A DNA stretch of 64,000 nucleotides from Candidatus Omnitrophota bacterium (GTDB lineage: Bacteria > Omnitrophota > Gorgyraeia > Gygaellales > UBA12090), in contig JAUSCZ010000041.1 in the NCBI GenBank assembly GCA_030674475.1, positions 3,481 to 67,480 of the forward strand, in the 5' to 3' direction. Shown piece after piece: positions 1 to 10,515 of the stretch. Made by a program: the position numbers and the translations under genes. Position 1 is the stretch's first letter. The number at the start of each line of letters is the position of its first letter. The notes under the pieces were generated by a model that made no database searches, had not been told where the DNA came from, and saw only the letters and a list, made by a program, of their open reading frames with translations.

Positions 1-1951
1 ACAAAGCCTCTCGCATTTTTTCAGCCAATTCCTCTTTGGTCTTCGCGGTTTTCCAATACTTCCTTGGTTTCAAAATAACAATGGGGTCGCTGATATTAGG
101 CCCCATAGGATCCGTGGCTATCTCTGCCGTCCCGATTTTTGAAACTACGGTTTCCACCTCCGGAAAGCGCATAATGATCTTTTGAGCAATTGCCTCGATC
201 TCTACGGATTCTCTTAATGAAATACTCGGTAAACGAATAATCTGGGGAGTCAGGCTTCCTTCATCTAAGGCGGGGATAAATTCTGTCCCCAGAAAAGGAA
301 TGAGTGCAAGACTCCCGCCAAACATCATTAAGGCAGAGATTATAACCGTAATTCTATGCTTTAGGGCATTCTTCAGAACAGGTAAGTATAATTTCTTTGC
401 CCAGAGTATCAGGAAACTCTCTTTTTCATTGCCGGCTTTTAAAAAAAATGAACAAAAGACAGGTATTACAAAGATAGATAAGGCTAAAGATGAAAATAGG
501 GCTATAGCAATAGTAAAAGCCAGAGGAGAAAACATCTTTCCCTCCATGCCCTGAAGGGTCATTATGGGCAGGAAGGTAATGGCTATAATCAATTCACCGA
601 GGATGGATGGTTTCCGCACTTCCATAACCGCGTTTAATATTGTGGTAAATTTGTGTTTGGAGGCACCAGACTCAGAAAGATGCCTTTGGACATTTTCCAC
701 CTGAATAATAGCGGCATCTACAACCATACCCAGGGATATAGCCAGCCCTCCTAAAGTCATAAGATTTGCTGAGAGGCCGATCATTTTCATTACAATAAAT
801 GTCGCCAAAACCGCTAACGGCAGGGTAAGAGCGACCACAAACGCGGCCCTGAAGTTTCTTAAAAACAGATAAAGGATTATAATGACGAAAATAGCGCCTT
901 CGGTAAGGGCTTTTTCAACCGTCGCCAGGCACTTCTCAACAAGTTCCGTCCTATCATAAAATGGTTTTATTTTGATTCCGGCAGGCAAAACTTTTCCATC
1001 ATTAATCTCTTGGACTTTATTTTTAACCCGCTCGACAACCTCCTTGCCGCTTTCTCCCTTAAGCATCATGACGATGCCGGCCACGCCTTCCCCTTTGCCG
1101 TCAACCACCAGCGCCCCCTGACGCGTTTCAGGCCCAATTTTAACTTCGGCAATATTGCTCACATACACAGGCACTTCTTCTTTTTCTTTAATAATAATGT
1201 CTTTGATATCGTCAATAGATTGGATCAGCCCTATGCCTCGGACTAAATATTGCTCCGCAGAATGCTCAATGATATTTCCTCCAGCATTGCTATTGTTGTC
1301 CGCTATTGCCTCAAAAACCTCTCTTACTGTCAGATCGTATTTCGCCAATTTCTCCGGATCAATGATGACTTGATACTGTTTCACATACCCGCCAAATGAA
1401 TTAACATCCGCTACGCCGGAAATAGTTTTTAAAATTGGGCGAACAATCCAATCTTGCATAGTTCTTAATTCTGTTAAGTCTTCCGTTTTATCTTTTACCA
1501 CAGCCTCTGGGGGACGCTCTAAGGTATATTGATAAATTTCACCCAATCCGGTTGAAATAGGGCCTAATGCCGTTTTCACCCCTTCCGGGAGATTTTCTTT
1601 AGCTTCAATTAACCGCTCCAAAACTAATTGCCGGGCAAAATAGATGTCAACAGTATCCTCAAAAACAACCGTAACCATGGAAAGTCCGAACTTTGACAAA
1701 GAGCGCAGCTCAACTAACTTAGGCAGCCCGGTCATTTGGACTTCTATAGGAAATGTAACTAACTTTTCGACTTCAATGGGAGAACGGCCCGGAGCTTCAG
1801 CAATCACCTGAACCTGAATATTGGTGACATCGGGGAAGGCGTCTATAGGTAATTTCTTAAAGGAATAAAATCCCAGCCCAATAAGCATGACCACCGCGAT
1901 TATAATTAACAGCCTTTGCCGTAATGAAAACGCTATAAGTTTATCCAGCAT
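1..1951 (-). CDS. HME-type RND efflux permease (CzcA/CusA family), N-terminal ~650 aa; C-terminus lies beyond the window start
   Basis: Open minus-strand frame from ATG at 1949-1951 (MLDKLIAFSLRQRLL...) to position 1. It is absent from the ORF track because no stop falls inside the window. Motifs AFPDVTNIQVQVI and GLSMVTVVFEDTVDIYFARQLVLERL are characteristic of CzcA/CusA. It lies 2 nt downstream of the adaptor gene. Confidence 0.8.
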   Translation of the reverse strand, partial: MLDKLIAFSLRQRLLIIIAVVMLIGLGFYSFKKLPIDAFPDVTNIQVQVIAEAPGRSPIEVEKLVTFPIEVQMTGLPKLVELRSLSKFGLSMVTVVFEDTVDIYFARQLVLERLIEAKENLPEGVKTALGPISTGLGEIYQYTLERPPEAVVKDKTEDLTELRTMQDWIVRPILKTISGVADVNSFGGYVKQYQVIIDPEKLAKYDLTVREVFEAIADNNSNAGGNIIEHSAEQYLVRGIGLIQSIDDIKDIIIKEKEEVPVYVSNIAEVKIGPETRQGALVVDGKGEGVAGIVMMLKGESGKEVVERVKNKVQEINDGKVLPAGIKIKPFYDRTELVEKCLATVEKALTEGAIFVIIILYLFLRNFRAAFVVALTLPLAVLATFIVMKMIGLSANLMTLGGLAISLGMVVDAAIIQVENVQRHLSESGASKHKFTTILNAVMEVRKPSILGELIIAITFLPIMTLQGMEGKMFSPLAFTIAIALFSSLALSIFVIPVFCSFFLKAGNEKESFLILWAKKLYLPVLKNALKHRITVIISALMMFGGSLALIPFLGTEFIPALDEGSLTPQIIRLPSISLRESVEIEAIAQKIIMRFPEVETVVSKIGTAEIATDPMGPNISDPIVILKPRKYWKTAKTKEELAEKMREAL

Positions 1952-1953
1952 AA

Positions 1954-2934
1954 TTATTCTCCCTCCAATTCGCCTTTTAAGAGTTCAGACTTAAGAAGAA
2001 ACGCGCCGCCAACGACAACCTCATCCCCTTCTTTAATTTGGGCATTTCTTTCTTGAGAAGGAACATCCTCAATAAAAACCTCTTCTTTGGTTTCAGCTTT
2101 TACCTTAATTTTTCTTATCATAAATTTATTATCCCCTGTTTTAAGAAAAATAATCCTATCATTACCCATCGTTTGGACAGCATCAGCCGGCACCGACAGA
2201 TATTTCTCCCCGCCTTCTGATATAATATCGCCGCTGACAAACATACCCAATTTGAGCATCATATCTTTATTATCCACAATAACCCGGATTTTAATCGTGT
2301 GGCTGGTTTCATCAACTCGCGGAGAAATAAATATTATCTCTCCTTCAAACACTTTATCCGGATACGCGACAGTACGCACCGATACTTTCTGCCCTAGCTT
2401 AATTTCGGCAATATCTTTTTCATAAACTTCAAGCGTTGCCCATAATTTCGTGAGGTCCGCGATAGTGTAAATAGACGAGACAGTATCAACCCTGTCGCTT
2501 ACTTTAGCGAAAGCGCCGATCACAATACCCGCTATCGGCGCTTTTACCTCATGCAGGGATGTTTCCCCGTTTATTTTAGATACAACACAAAGTATTTCGT
2601 CTTTTTTGACGGACCAACCAATTTGAGCTTTGGCGTCAACAATCGTACCGATAACCGGCGAAACCACATGAACTGAAGTTTCCGCGTCCTGAGCAATCTG
2701 GCCGAAGACGGAAACCTTCTTTTTGAATACGCTTAACCGCGTTATGGCTGTTATTAAGTTAATCAATTCCTGCGATTCTTTGCTTAAAGACAGCTCTTCT
2801 GCTGCCGCTGCTTCTTCAGTACGCGTTTCGGCTGCGCGATCCTTTCCTATGCTCTTATTTAAAACGCCCTGGGATACCGCTATCCCCAGCACAAAAGAAA
2901 TCAAAACCACTGATACCAATCTTAAATTTTTCAT
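1954..2934 (-). CDS. RND efflux membrane-fusion protein (periplasmic adaptor, CzcB/CusB/HlyD family)
   Basis: 326-aa ORF with an N-terminal TM segment, a coiled-coil and beta-barrel adaptor architecture. It sits in an operon between the outer-membrane factor and the RND pump and overlaps the upstream gene by 4 nt. Confidence 0.8.
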   Translation of the reverse strand: MKNLRLVSVVLISFVLGIAVSQGVLNKSIGKDRAAETRTEEAAAAEELSLSKESQELINLITAITRLSVFKKKVSVFGQIAQDAETSVHVVSPVIGTIVDAKAQIGWSVKKDEILCVVSKINGETSLHEVKAPIAGIVIGAFAKVSDRVDTVSSIYTIADLTKLWATLEVYEKDIAEIKLGQKVSVRTVAYPDKVFEGEIIFISPRVDETSHTIKIRVIVDNKDMMLKLGMFVSGDIISEGGEKYLSVPADAVQTMGNDRIIFLKTGDNKFMIRKIKVKAETKEEVFIEDVPSQERNAQIKEGDEVVVGGAFLLKSELLKGELEGE

Positions 2935-4187
2935 CGTAAATATTCCTCCTTCCGAACCGACGCGTAAACAGTCTTTTCAAGTTCGTTTATGGCTTTGTTA
3001 AGGTTAAACAGCCCTTCGTAGTATTTAATTCTTGTCTCGGCCGCGGTTTTTACCTGATCAAGAAAATTAATAAAATCTATTTCGCCTTCACTATAGCGCA
3101 GGTTTGCCAGACGCAGCAGTTCGTTTGCCTCATCCAACGACTTTTTCAGTAATTCAAGCTGACGGTGAGTAAGCTCCGCGTTTAAATAAGCCTCGAAAAC
3201 ACTAAAAGCAAGTTCTCTTTTTGCCGCCTGGGTTTTCGCAATCTGGGCGTCTTTCTCGGCTTGGGCTTTTTTAACTTCCCCTTGATTTAGATTCCAGAAA
3301 GGAACACTAAAACCCACCACCAGACTTGAGTCATTCTCATATTCTTCGGTTGTCCTTTGAAACCCGACAAAAGGAGACGGTAGGCGGGAAAGCTTTTCTT
3401 TGGTCAGATTCGCGGCCTTTAAATTTAGAGCCAAATCCTCGGATTTAATCGCGGGGCTTTTAGAAAAGGCTTCTTGGGTTAATTCCTGAAGATCGAGCCG
3501 CAATTCCTCATCCTTAAGCTCCTCTTCTATTTCAAAAAGGTTATCCATCGCGCGGCCTAAAAGCAGGTTAAGCCTCGCCTTGTTTATTTTTAACTCTTTT
3601 TCCGCGAATAAATAAGAATTCTCCGCCTCAAAAAGCGCTATCTTTGCCCTCTGAACGTCATTTTTAAGCGCCTGACCGGATTGGAAACGCTGCTGTACCC
3701 GGCTGAAAAACTGCCGCAGGATATTAAGGTTTTCGTCTGCCAATTCCAGTTCTTTTTTATTTAAAATTATCCGGGAGTAAACCTCTCTCGCCTCGGCATA
3801 CACTTGCGACCAGACGGATTTAACTAACTCCTGCTGTAGTAATACTTGATTTCGCGCTATTTTGCTTTTTGCCCCGCGCACGCCCGGCGGATCAAATTCC
3901 TGCCTGACTTCAAGGCTGTCAAGATTTGTTTTACGCTCACCTGCTTCGTTCTTTTTCAATCCCCCTATTTCAAACTCGGCCTCCGGATTGGAAAATGTCC
4001 GCGCGGTTATTAAATCGCCTTTGGCCGCGTCAACGGCTTTCTTGGCTTCTACGATGCGAGGATTAAATTCAAAAGCCAATGACAAGGCTTTCTCTAAAGT
4101 TAACGGTTCCTCAGCCTGCGCCATCTTAGGAATACTACTTACAATAAATGCTATTATCGTGATGATACTTCGTATCTTCTTGTTCAT
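2931..4187 (-). CDS. TolC-like outer-membrane efflux factor (CzcC/CusC family)
   Basis: ORF 2931..4268. The likely true start is the internal ATG at 4185-4187 (MNKKIRSIITIIAFIVSS..., signal peptide). The coiled-coil-rich two-repeat OEP layout fits the family. It is the first gene of the tripartite efflux operon. Confidence 0.75.
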   Translation of the reverse strand: MNKKIRSIITIIAFIVSSIPKMAQAEEPLTLEKALSLAFEFNPRIVEAKKAVDAAKGDLITARTFSNPEAEFEIGGLKKNEAGERKTNLDSLEVRQEFDPPGVRGAKSKIARNQVLLQQELVKSVWSQVYAEAREVYSRIILNKKELELADENLNILRQFFSRVQQRFQSGQALKNDVQRAKIALFEAENSYLFAEKELKINKARLNLLLGRAMDNLFEIEEELKDEELRLDLQELTQEAFSKSPAIKSEDLALNLKAANLTKEKLSRLPSPFVGFQRTTEEYENDSSLVVGFSVPFWNLNQGEVKKAQAEKDAQIAKTQAAKRELAFSVFEAYLNAELTHRQLELLKKSLDEANELLRLANLRYSEGEIDFINFLDQVKTAAETRIKYYEGLFNLNKAINELEKTVYASVRKEEYLR

Positions 4188-4293
4188 ATTTTTAAACCTC
4201 TTTTTAAAAATGGGAAAATAATAAAACAGGAAATGAAAAAAGACAGAATAAAGCACAATGTAATACAAATTCGTTTGTGCTTACTTCTGTCTC

Positions 4294-4563
4294 TTAGATA
4301 ATACTTTTAGGAGGATATTCGATACCGCGTAGAAACGACTCCTGGCGGAGCGCGGCATCAAATTGGATAAAAGACGCGGAAAGCGAAGGCGCGGTTGTGA
4401 TTTGCCCTGACGGTAAAACTATACCGTGACAGCCCGCGCTACAGCAGATAACACAATGGTGCCCGTTATCATCTATTGAACTTGCGGCATCACAAAATCC
4501 CGCCGCTGAGATTAAAAATACGGATATAATAACAAGCACTATTACTTTATTAAGCATGCTCAC
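4294..4563 (-). CDS. Small secreted Cys/His-rich protein (HHCVICCSAGCHG), possible periplasmic metal-binding protein
   Basis: 89-aa ORF with an N-terminal signal/TM segment and a CxxCC...C.H cluster. It lies immediately upstream of the heavy-metal RND operon. Confidence 0.4.
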   Translation of the reverse strand: MSMLNKVIVLVIISVFLISAAGFCDAASSIDDNGHHCVICCSAGCHGIVLPSGQITTAPSLSASFIQFDAALRQESFLRGIEYPPKSII

Positions 4564-4652
4564 AGAAAAATTGTAGCATATAGATAATTTTTGTCAACAC
4601 TTCAAAAAAGACTCGCCTGGAAACTCAATTTTATGGAAACCAATTCTTCGCC

Positions 4653-5891
4653 TTACCGCAGCGGGGTCATCGTCATTATCTTCTTGGCTATTTCCGGATA
4701 TTGGGCAACAAATTTCAGTTCCTCTTCCACCAGCGGTTTTTGATTATGCACGTTAGCATATCTGGCTAATTCTAAAATCCTGGCTGCCTCGGCATCGTCT
4801 TTAAAAGCTATCTCCAGTTTCTCATACACATTTCTAAAGCCCTTTATACCCGAGTATTCCCCGACAGTTATCTGCCTGCCGGTCTCAATAACCTCAGGCT
4901 CTCCCCGTCCCAGTTCTTCAAAATCATAAAGTTCATAATTACGCCGGTCTTTGAGCGCTCCGTCGGCATGAATCCCCGACTCATGGGCAAAGGCATTTGC
5001 CCCTATGCCGGGTTGATTTATCGGGATAGGGATACCGAAGGCGTAGGAGGCGTATTTACAAAGCTGCCAGGCTTTTTTTAAATCCACTTTTTCATCAAGC
5101 GTATATTTTCCCCGCATTCCGCTGGCGTAACGGACAGCCAGGATTACCGCGGCCAGATCCGCGTTTCCCGCGCGTTCTCCCATTCCATTGACACAGGTAT
5201 TAATATAGGCATCAACACCATTATCATTAGCCGCCATAGCCCCGGCCACGGAATTCGCCACCACCATCCCTAAATCATTATGGCAATGCAATTCCACGGG
5301 TATCTTTATTGCCTCAGCCAGCCTCTTAATCCGTTCGTAGATAGTAAACGGGCTATCGCAGCCGAGGGTATCGCAATAACGAAACCTGTCCGCGCCGGCG
5401 TTTTTTGCCGCCTGGGCAAAAGAAACCAGGTAATCTATCTCCGTGCGCGAGGCATCTTCCGCGTTTACGCCTATAGACTCCGCCCCTGATTCTCTCGCTA
5501 ACTTTAGCGCGCCGGTCATTTCTTTTATAACCGAGGTATGGTCTAATTTGCCCTTAAATTTATGCCTGATCATCTGCTCGGATGTGGACATGGAAAGATT
5601 TAAATGTTTTATCTTAGGGCAGTTCTTGAATGTTTCCCGGACATCTTCCTCTATTGCCCTAATCCATCCGCCTAAACGAATAGGCGCGAGGGCATTCATT
5701 TCGGCTAATTCCAAATTAGCATTCAGATAATTTGTTTCGTGATGAGTCGTGGGGAAGCCGAATTCGCTCTGGAATACGCCCATCTGATTAAGATAGCTAT
5801 TCAGGATTGTTTTTTGAAGTTTAGAGAGACATATCCGGGAAGTCTGCACCCCGTCTCTGTTAGTTACATCAATAAGATAAATTTTTGGCAT
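4653..5891 (-). CDS. LeuA/NifV-family synthase (homocitrate / citramalate / 2-isopropylmalate synthase-like, short form)
   Basis: DVTNRDGVQ N-terminal motif and LHCHNDLGMVVANSVAGA (HxH metal site) of the HMGL-like TIM-barrel family. At 412 aa it lacks the LeuA regulatory domain. Confidence 0.7.
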   Translation of the reverse strand: MPKIYLIDVTNRDGVQTSRICLSKLQKTILNSYLNQMGVFQSEFGFPTTHHETNYLNANLELAEMNALAPIRLGGWIRAIEEDVRETFKNCPKIKHLNLSMSTSEQMIRHKFKGKLDHTSVIKEMTGALKLARESGAESIGVNAEDASRTEIDYLVSFAQAAKNAGADRFRYCDTLGCDSPFTIYERIKRLAEAIKIPVELHCHNDLGMVVANSVAGAMAANDNGVDAYINTCVNGMGERAGNADLAAVILAVRYASGMRGKYTLDEKVDLKKAWQLCKYASYAFGIPIPINQPGIGANAFAHESGIHADGALKDRRNYELYDFEELGRGEPEVIETGRQITVGEYSGIKGFRNVYEKLEIAFKDDAEAARILELARYANVHNQKPLVEEELKFVAQYPEIAKKIMTMTPLR

Positions 5892-5905
5892 CTTAGCCCC
5901 TCCTA

Positions 5906-7096
5906 TTAAATAAGCGTTGCAATAAATTTCTCAATTCTATTTAATCCCTCAACAATATTCTCCATAGAAGTAGCGTATGAGAGCCGTATATAGCTATCAT
6001 CTCCGAAGACACCTCCGGGAACCACCGCGACATGAGCGGATTGCAGAAGCGCATCCGTTAAATCCATGGAATTAGCTATTTTCCTGCCGCTAATACCCTT
6101 ACTTAAGATATTGGCTATATTTATCCAGCAATAAAAAGCACCCTGCGGCTTTATCGTGCGCAGGCCCTTTATTGAATTCACCCTATTTACCATAAAATCG
6201 CGTCTTTTCTTAAACTCCGCCACCATCTTAGTCAAATCGCCCTGATTACCGTTCAATGCCTCTACGCTGGCGGCCTGAGCAATTGAGGTTGGATTAGAGG
6301 TGGAATGATCCTGGAGATTTGACATTGCCTGAATAATCTCCTTTGGCCCGGCGCAATAACCGATGCGCCAGCCGGTCATAGAATAGGCCTTAGAAACCCC
6401 GTTTACCACCATGGTTTTTTTCTTCATCTCTTCATCCAGAGACGCGATACTGACATGCCCCTCATCATAAATTACCTTCTCGTAGATCTCATCGGAAAGA
6501 CAGTAAATTCCGGACTTGAGGATAATTTTACTTAATTCCCTGAGCTCCTTCTCACTATACACCATCCCTGTGGGATTAGAGGGAGAGTTAAGGATAAGCA
6601 GTTTGGTTTTAAGATTTATCGCGCTCTCCAATTGTCCCGGGGTTATCTTGAAATTTGTTTCTTGCGTAGTATTGAGGATAACGGCTTTTGCCCCCGCAAC
6701 CCTCACAATCTCCGGATAACTCACCCAATAAGGCGAGGGCAAAATCACTTCATCGCCATCCCCGCACAATGCCACCACCGCGTTAAATATAGAGTGTTTT
6801 GCCCCGCAGGAGACAAGTATTTCCTCGGCGCTATAGTCCAGCGCGTTATCTTTTTTGAACTTTACGCGGATAGCATCTTTTAACTCTTTCGTTCCGCCAG
6901 TGGGCGTATATTTAGTAAATCCTTTATCAATTGCCTTTTTGGCGGCTTCTTTGATATTAACCGGCGTATCAAAATCCGGCTCGCCCGCGCCAAAACCGAT
7001 AACGTTAATCCCTTCCGCCTGCATTTTCTTTGCTTTGGCAGTTATGCTTAACGTGGGCGATGGGCTGATTTGACTTATTCTCCTTGATATTAACAT
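5906..7096 (-). CDS. Class-I PLP-dependent aminotransferase (aspartate aminotransferase-like)
   Basis: 396 aa, with GEPDFDTP near the N-terminus and the SKAYSMTGWRIGY lysine motif typical of AspB-type aminotransferases. Confidence 0.8.
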   Translation of the reverse strand: MLISRRISQISPSPTLSITAKAKKMQAEGINVIGFGAGEPDFDTPVNIKEAAKKAIDKGFTKYTPTGGTKELKDAIRVKFKKDNALDYSAEEILVSCGAKHSIFNAVVALCGDGDEVILPSPYWVSYPEIVRVAGAKAVILNTTQETNFKITPGQLESAINLKTKLLILNSPSNPTGMVYSEKELRELSKIILKSGIYCLSDEIYEKVIYDEGHVSIASLDEEMKKKTMVVNGVSKAYSMTGWRIGYCAGPKEIIQAMSNLQDHSTSNPTSIAQAASVEALNGNQGDLTKMVAEFKKRRDFMVNRVNSIKGLRTIKPQGAFYCWINIANILSKGISGRKIANSMDLTDALLQSAHVAVVPGGVFGDDSYIRLSYATSMENIVEGLNRIEKFIATLI

Positions 7097-7288
7097 TGTT
7101 TAACCTCCATTTTTTAATAAATTAGTTTATCCTATTATGGTTTACCCTCGCAGGAGGCAGGTCGGAAGCGATATAGCGCCTCAAATGTCCTTATCGTCGT
7201 CTGGTCATCATACTTAAGATTCGCAGCATAAAGACTACCAAAAGAATCAGTAAAATAATGATTAAGATGCGTATCATTAGCGTTCCTA

Positions 7289-8182
7289 TTACTTTTTAGC
7301 CGGTTCGCTTATCGGTAAGTGGGATTTTTCCAAATATTTCAGCAGATCGGAATCCGCGTCCAAAACAATCGTGGTGCCCGCGCCCAGTGAGCGCTCGTAA
7401 GCTTCAAGGCGCCGCAAGAAAGAATAAAATTCCGGATCTTTCTCGTAGGCCGAAGCGTAAATCGCCGTGGCCTGGGCGTCCCCCTCACCCATTAACTTCT
7501 GGGCTTGTTCGTAACTCTTGGCTAAAACGATTTGCGCTTCTTTATTAACATTGGCTCGAATCTCGCGAGCCTGCTCTTCGCCTTCCGCCCGGTACTTTTT
7601 GGCGATGCGCTGCCGCTCCGCCTGCATCCTGGCGTAAACACTGGCCTGGACCTCTCTTGGCAAATCAAGCCGCTTAATGCGAACGTCGATGAGTTCAATA
7701 CCGAACTGCTGCTTCACCGATACGCGGGCATCCTGGCTTACAGCTTGAACAATCGCCTCGCGCTGTTCCCGGACAAAATCAATAAAAGTGCGCTTGCCGA
7801 TCTCTTCCCTTAGACGTCCGGATACCACATCATTTAATCGGATCAAGGCCCCTGCTTCGGTCCGAACCGTGCGGTAAAACTCCAGCGGGTCCGTGATACG
7901 CCACCGTGAAATGTGATCCACTACGACCCGCTTCTTATCCGAGGTCAGATATTCAACCGCCTGCGCGTCCGATGAAAGCACTCGCTTGTCAAAACGCTGC
8001 AAGCTGTGAATAAAAGGAACTTTTATGTAAAGACCGGGTTCACGCACAGTGCGCATGGGTTGACCGAACATCGTGACAATCGCTTGTTCGCGCTCATCAA
8101 CGATGTAGAAAATATTTGATACGGCTAAGAGGGCGATATAGCCCGCTATTAAAAACAGTAATTTGAGTGATTTGTTTTTCAC
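7289..8182 (-). CDS. hflC: HflC (SPFH/band-7 protease modulator)
   Basis: 297 aa with an N-terminal TM and an SPFH domain. It overlaps the upstream HflK gene by 4 nt. Confidence 0.8.
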   Translation of the reverse strand: MKNKSLKLLFLIAGYIALLAVSNIFYIVDEREQAIVTMFGQPMRTVREPGLYIKVPFIHSLQRFDKRVLSSDAQAVEYLTSDKKRVVVDHISRWRITDPLEFYRTVRTEAGALIRLNDVVSGRLREEIGKRTFIDFVREQREAIVQAVSQDARVSVKQQFGIELIDVRIKRLDLPREVQASVYARMQAERQRIAKKYRAEGEEQAREIRANVNKEAQIVLAKSYEQAQKLMGEGDAQATAIYASAYEKDPEFYSFLRRLEAYERSLGAGTTIVLDADSDLLKYLEKSHLPISEPAKK

Positions 8183-9222
8183 GGCTTCACCTCTTTCAAT
8201 TTTTGGGAAGTAATTGCGGGCATCTCATGCGGCGCCTGCGCTTTCTTAAGAGGAAGCCACGGTAAGACGGAGCCGGTAGACTGCGAGGGCAATATCACTT
8301 TCTCTGTGTGGGGAAGTATACGCTCCATCATCTCAAGATAAAGTCTCTCTCTTGTCACCGTGGGTGATTTTTCATAGGATTCCCGCACATCCAGAAACCT
8401 TTCGGCTTCGCCCTGGCTGCGGATAATGCGTTGTTCTTTGTAGCCTTCTGCTTTGCGCACGGCCTCCGCGGCTTCTCCGCGGCTTCTGGGCAGAATATCC
8501 TCGGCGAATCCTCGCGCTTCTTGTATAAGCCGTTCGCGGTCTTCCCAGGCGCGCACCACATCGTGAAACGCGTCCTTTACGTCTAAAGGCGGGTCCACGA
8601 CAAGAAGCCTCACTTCCGTTGCCAGAAGACCTGTTCGATAGTCATCTAAGAGGCGCTGGAGCTGTTCCTTGGTCTGCTCTTGCACTTGAAAACGCCCGTC
8701 GGTCATCGTAAAATCAATGGTATTGCGCCCAACCACATTACGCAAGGCGACTTCCGCGGCCGTCGTAAGCATTTGTTCCGGATCCCGGGCGCGAAAAAGA
8801 AAGGCGGAGGGATCTTTTATGACATACTGCACAAAAAGCTGACTGGCGACGATATTCTCGTCACCTGTCAACATAAGAGACTCCTCATCAATAACCATGG
8901 TCTGCCGCCCGCCTTCACTACGAAATCCTATTTCGGCTCTGCGTACCCTTGCCACATCTACCACATCGCGGCTTTGAATCGGCAGCGGCAGATGAAACCC
9001 GAGTCCCGGACCGGTTTGAGAATGTATTTTCCCAAACTGCCTGATGACGCCCTGCTCCCCGGGACCGACCACATAGAGCCCCGAGGCCAGCCATAAAACC
9101 AAGCCAAGTCCACCAAGCGCCAAAAGCATCGGCGGCCGCAACACTGTCTTAAATATTTTCTGCAGGTCCTCAATAAAAGACTCCACGGCAGAAGATATTC
9201 CACCCCATTCCGGATTTTCCAT
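8179..9222 (-). CDS. hflK: HflK (SPFH/band-7 protease modulator)
   Basis: 347 aa with a TM segment, an SPFH domain and a C-terminal extension. Classic hflK-hflC pair. Confidence 0.8.
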   Translation of the reverse strand: MENPEWGGISSAVESFIEDLQKIFKTVLRPPMLLALGGLGLVLWLASGLYVVGPGEQGVIRQFGKIHSQTGPGLGFHLPLPIQSRDVVDVARVRRAEIGFRSEGGRQTMVIDEESLMLTGDENIVASQLFVQYVIKDPSAFLFRARDPEQMLTTAAEVALRNVVGRNTIDFTMTDGRFQVQEQTKEQLQRLLDDYRTGLLATEVRLLVVDPPLDVKDAFHDVVRAWEDRERLIQEARGFAEDILPRSRGEAAEAVRKAEGYKEQRIIRSQGEAERFLDVRESYEKSPTVTRERLYLEMMERILPHTEKVILPSQSTGSVLPWLPLKKAQAPHEMPAITSQKLKEVKP

Positions 9223-9315
9223 TATTTCGCCCCCTTCCTTATTTTAGTTGCCACTTTTTAGAACGGTAACTACTTTATGTTATTATCACGGATTTCCCGC
9301 GGTTATCCAAAATTT

Positions 9316-9362
9316 GCCTGCCTGACGGCCCTCGGCTTCGCCGCGAGGCGAGCAGTCAGGCG
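9316..9362. repeat. Imperfect hairpin of the gcctgcctg family, just downstream of the purE stop
   Basis: gcctgcctgacggccctcggcttcgccgcgaggcgagcagtcaggcg. Flanking cctgac/gtcagg arms plus inner ctcg...cgag pairing. Confidence 0.45.
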
Positions 9363-9874
9363 TTAGGATAAGTGCGGCAAATTTTTTTGTTCTTTTCTTC
9401 TACTTCCTTAGCCATCTGTTCTTTATATTGTTTCATCTTTTCTCTGAACCGCGGATACTTAATGCCCAGAATTTGGGTTGCCAGCAGCGCCGAATTTTTC
9501 GCTCCGGCTTTTCCGGTAGCAACACACGCCACCGGCACACCCGACGGCATCTGAACCATAGAAAGAAGCGAATCCAGGCCTCCGGAAAGCTGCGTCTGCA
9601 TAGGGACTCCGATAACCGGAAGCGGCGTCCAGGCCGCCATAACTCCCGCTAAATGCGCGGCTCCCCCCGCGGCAGCGATAATGACTTCCAGGCCCCTCCC
9701 TTCCGCGGAAGAAGCATATTCGTGCGCTCTTTGCGGGGTGCGGTGCGCGGAAATAATATTCATCTCGTAACCAATACCAAATTTTTCTAATGTTTTCGTA
9801 GCCTCTTGCATAGTTTCTAAATCCGAATCGCTCCCCATAACGATGCCGACAAGAATATTATGTGCCATATTCAA
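9356..9874 (-). CDS. purE: N5-carboxyaminoimidazole ribonucleotide mutase
   Basis: 172 aa. ILVGIVMGSDSDL and the AAGGAAHLAGVMAAWTPLPVIGVP motifs are typical of PurE. Confidence 0.9.
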   Translation of the reverse strand: MNMAHNILVGIVMGSDSDLETMQEATKTLEKFGIGYEMNIISAHRTPQRAHEYASSAEGRGLEVIIAAAGGAAHLAGVMAAWTPLPVIGVPMQTQLSGGLDSLLSMVQMPSGVPVACVATGKAGAKNSALLATQILGIKYPRFREKMKQYKEQMAKEVEEKNKKICRTYPNA

Positions 9875-9939
9875 ACCTCCCGCGCCTTATCATCCATTTC
9901 ACAATTTCCAAAACCGGCACAACTATGATCCCGGTATTT

Positions 9940-10515
9940 TCAATCTTGGCTTTTACCGCAATTCGCTACCGCAGCCGCGTTTAAGCGCGTGTTCGCGTCC
10001 ACGACTTGCTGAATGAATTTTTCCTGCTCTCGCGATATCATTTTCAAAACCTTTGTTTTCTTTTTATGGTTAATCACGGAACCGGAAGGAACACACCGCT
10101 TTTCCGGAATAGCTGCCCCCTCTACTACCGCGAGATGTCCGACAAATACTTTATCCGCTAACGCGGATTTAAAAACCACGGAACCAAAACCGATAAAACA
10201 CTTCTTCCCGATTTTACACGGGCCATGAACAATACAACCGTGCGATAAAGAAGCGCTTTCTCCGATGATTACGGAGCTGTCCCCTAAAGCATGAATAATA
10301 ACCCTGTCCTGGACATTGCAATTATCGCCAATGGAAATAGAACTCCCGGGCTCATCAGCCCTGATAACCGCGCCGGGCGCGACGAATACGTTTTTGCCGA
10401 TACTGACTTTTCCGATAATTACGGCCAAAGGATCAATATAGGCTGTTTTGTCAATCTTCGGATAGCCGCCGCTGGAATTACGCCGTATCATGCCGGCTCC
10501 TTCATTATTAAACAT
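9940..10515 (-). CDS. Left-handed beta-helix (hexapeptide-repeat) protein, gamma-carbonic-anhydrase / PaaY-like
   Basis: Repeated [LIV]GxxxxI hexapeptides (VIIGKVSIGKNVFVAPGAVIRAD...SIGDNCNVQDRVIIH). Start uncertain; an internal ATG is possible. Confidence 0.65.
   Translation of the reverse strand: MFNNEGAGMIRRNSSGGYPKIDKTAYIDPLAVIIGKVSIGKNVFVAPGAVIRADEPGSSISIGDNCNVQDRVIIHALGDSSVIIGESASLSHGCIVHGPCKIGKKCFIGFGSVVFKSALADKVFVGHLAVVEGAAIPEKRCVPSGSVINHKKKTKVLKMISREQEKFIQQVVDANTRLNAAAVANCGKSQD

Noticed and set aside
300-1373. Plus-strand ORFs 300..554, 1010..1246 and 1155..1373
   Set aside because: They lie antisense to, and fully inside, the long uninterrupted minus-strand RND permease frame. They show no RBS or domain signal. 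Spurious.
8680-9203. ORFs 8680..9096 (+) and 8958..9203 (-)
   Set aside because: Embedded within or antisense to hflK, which has strong family signal.
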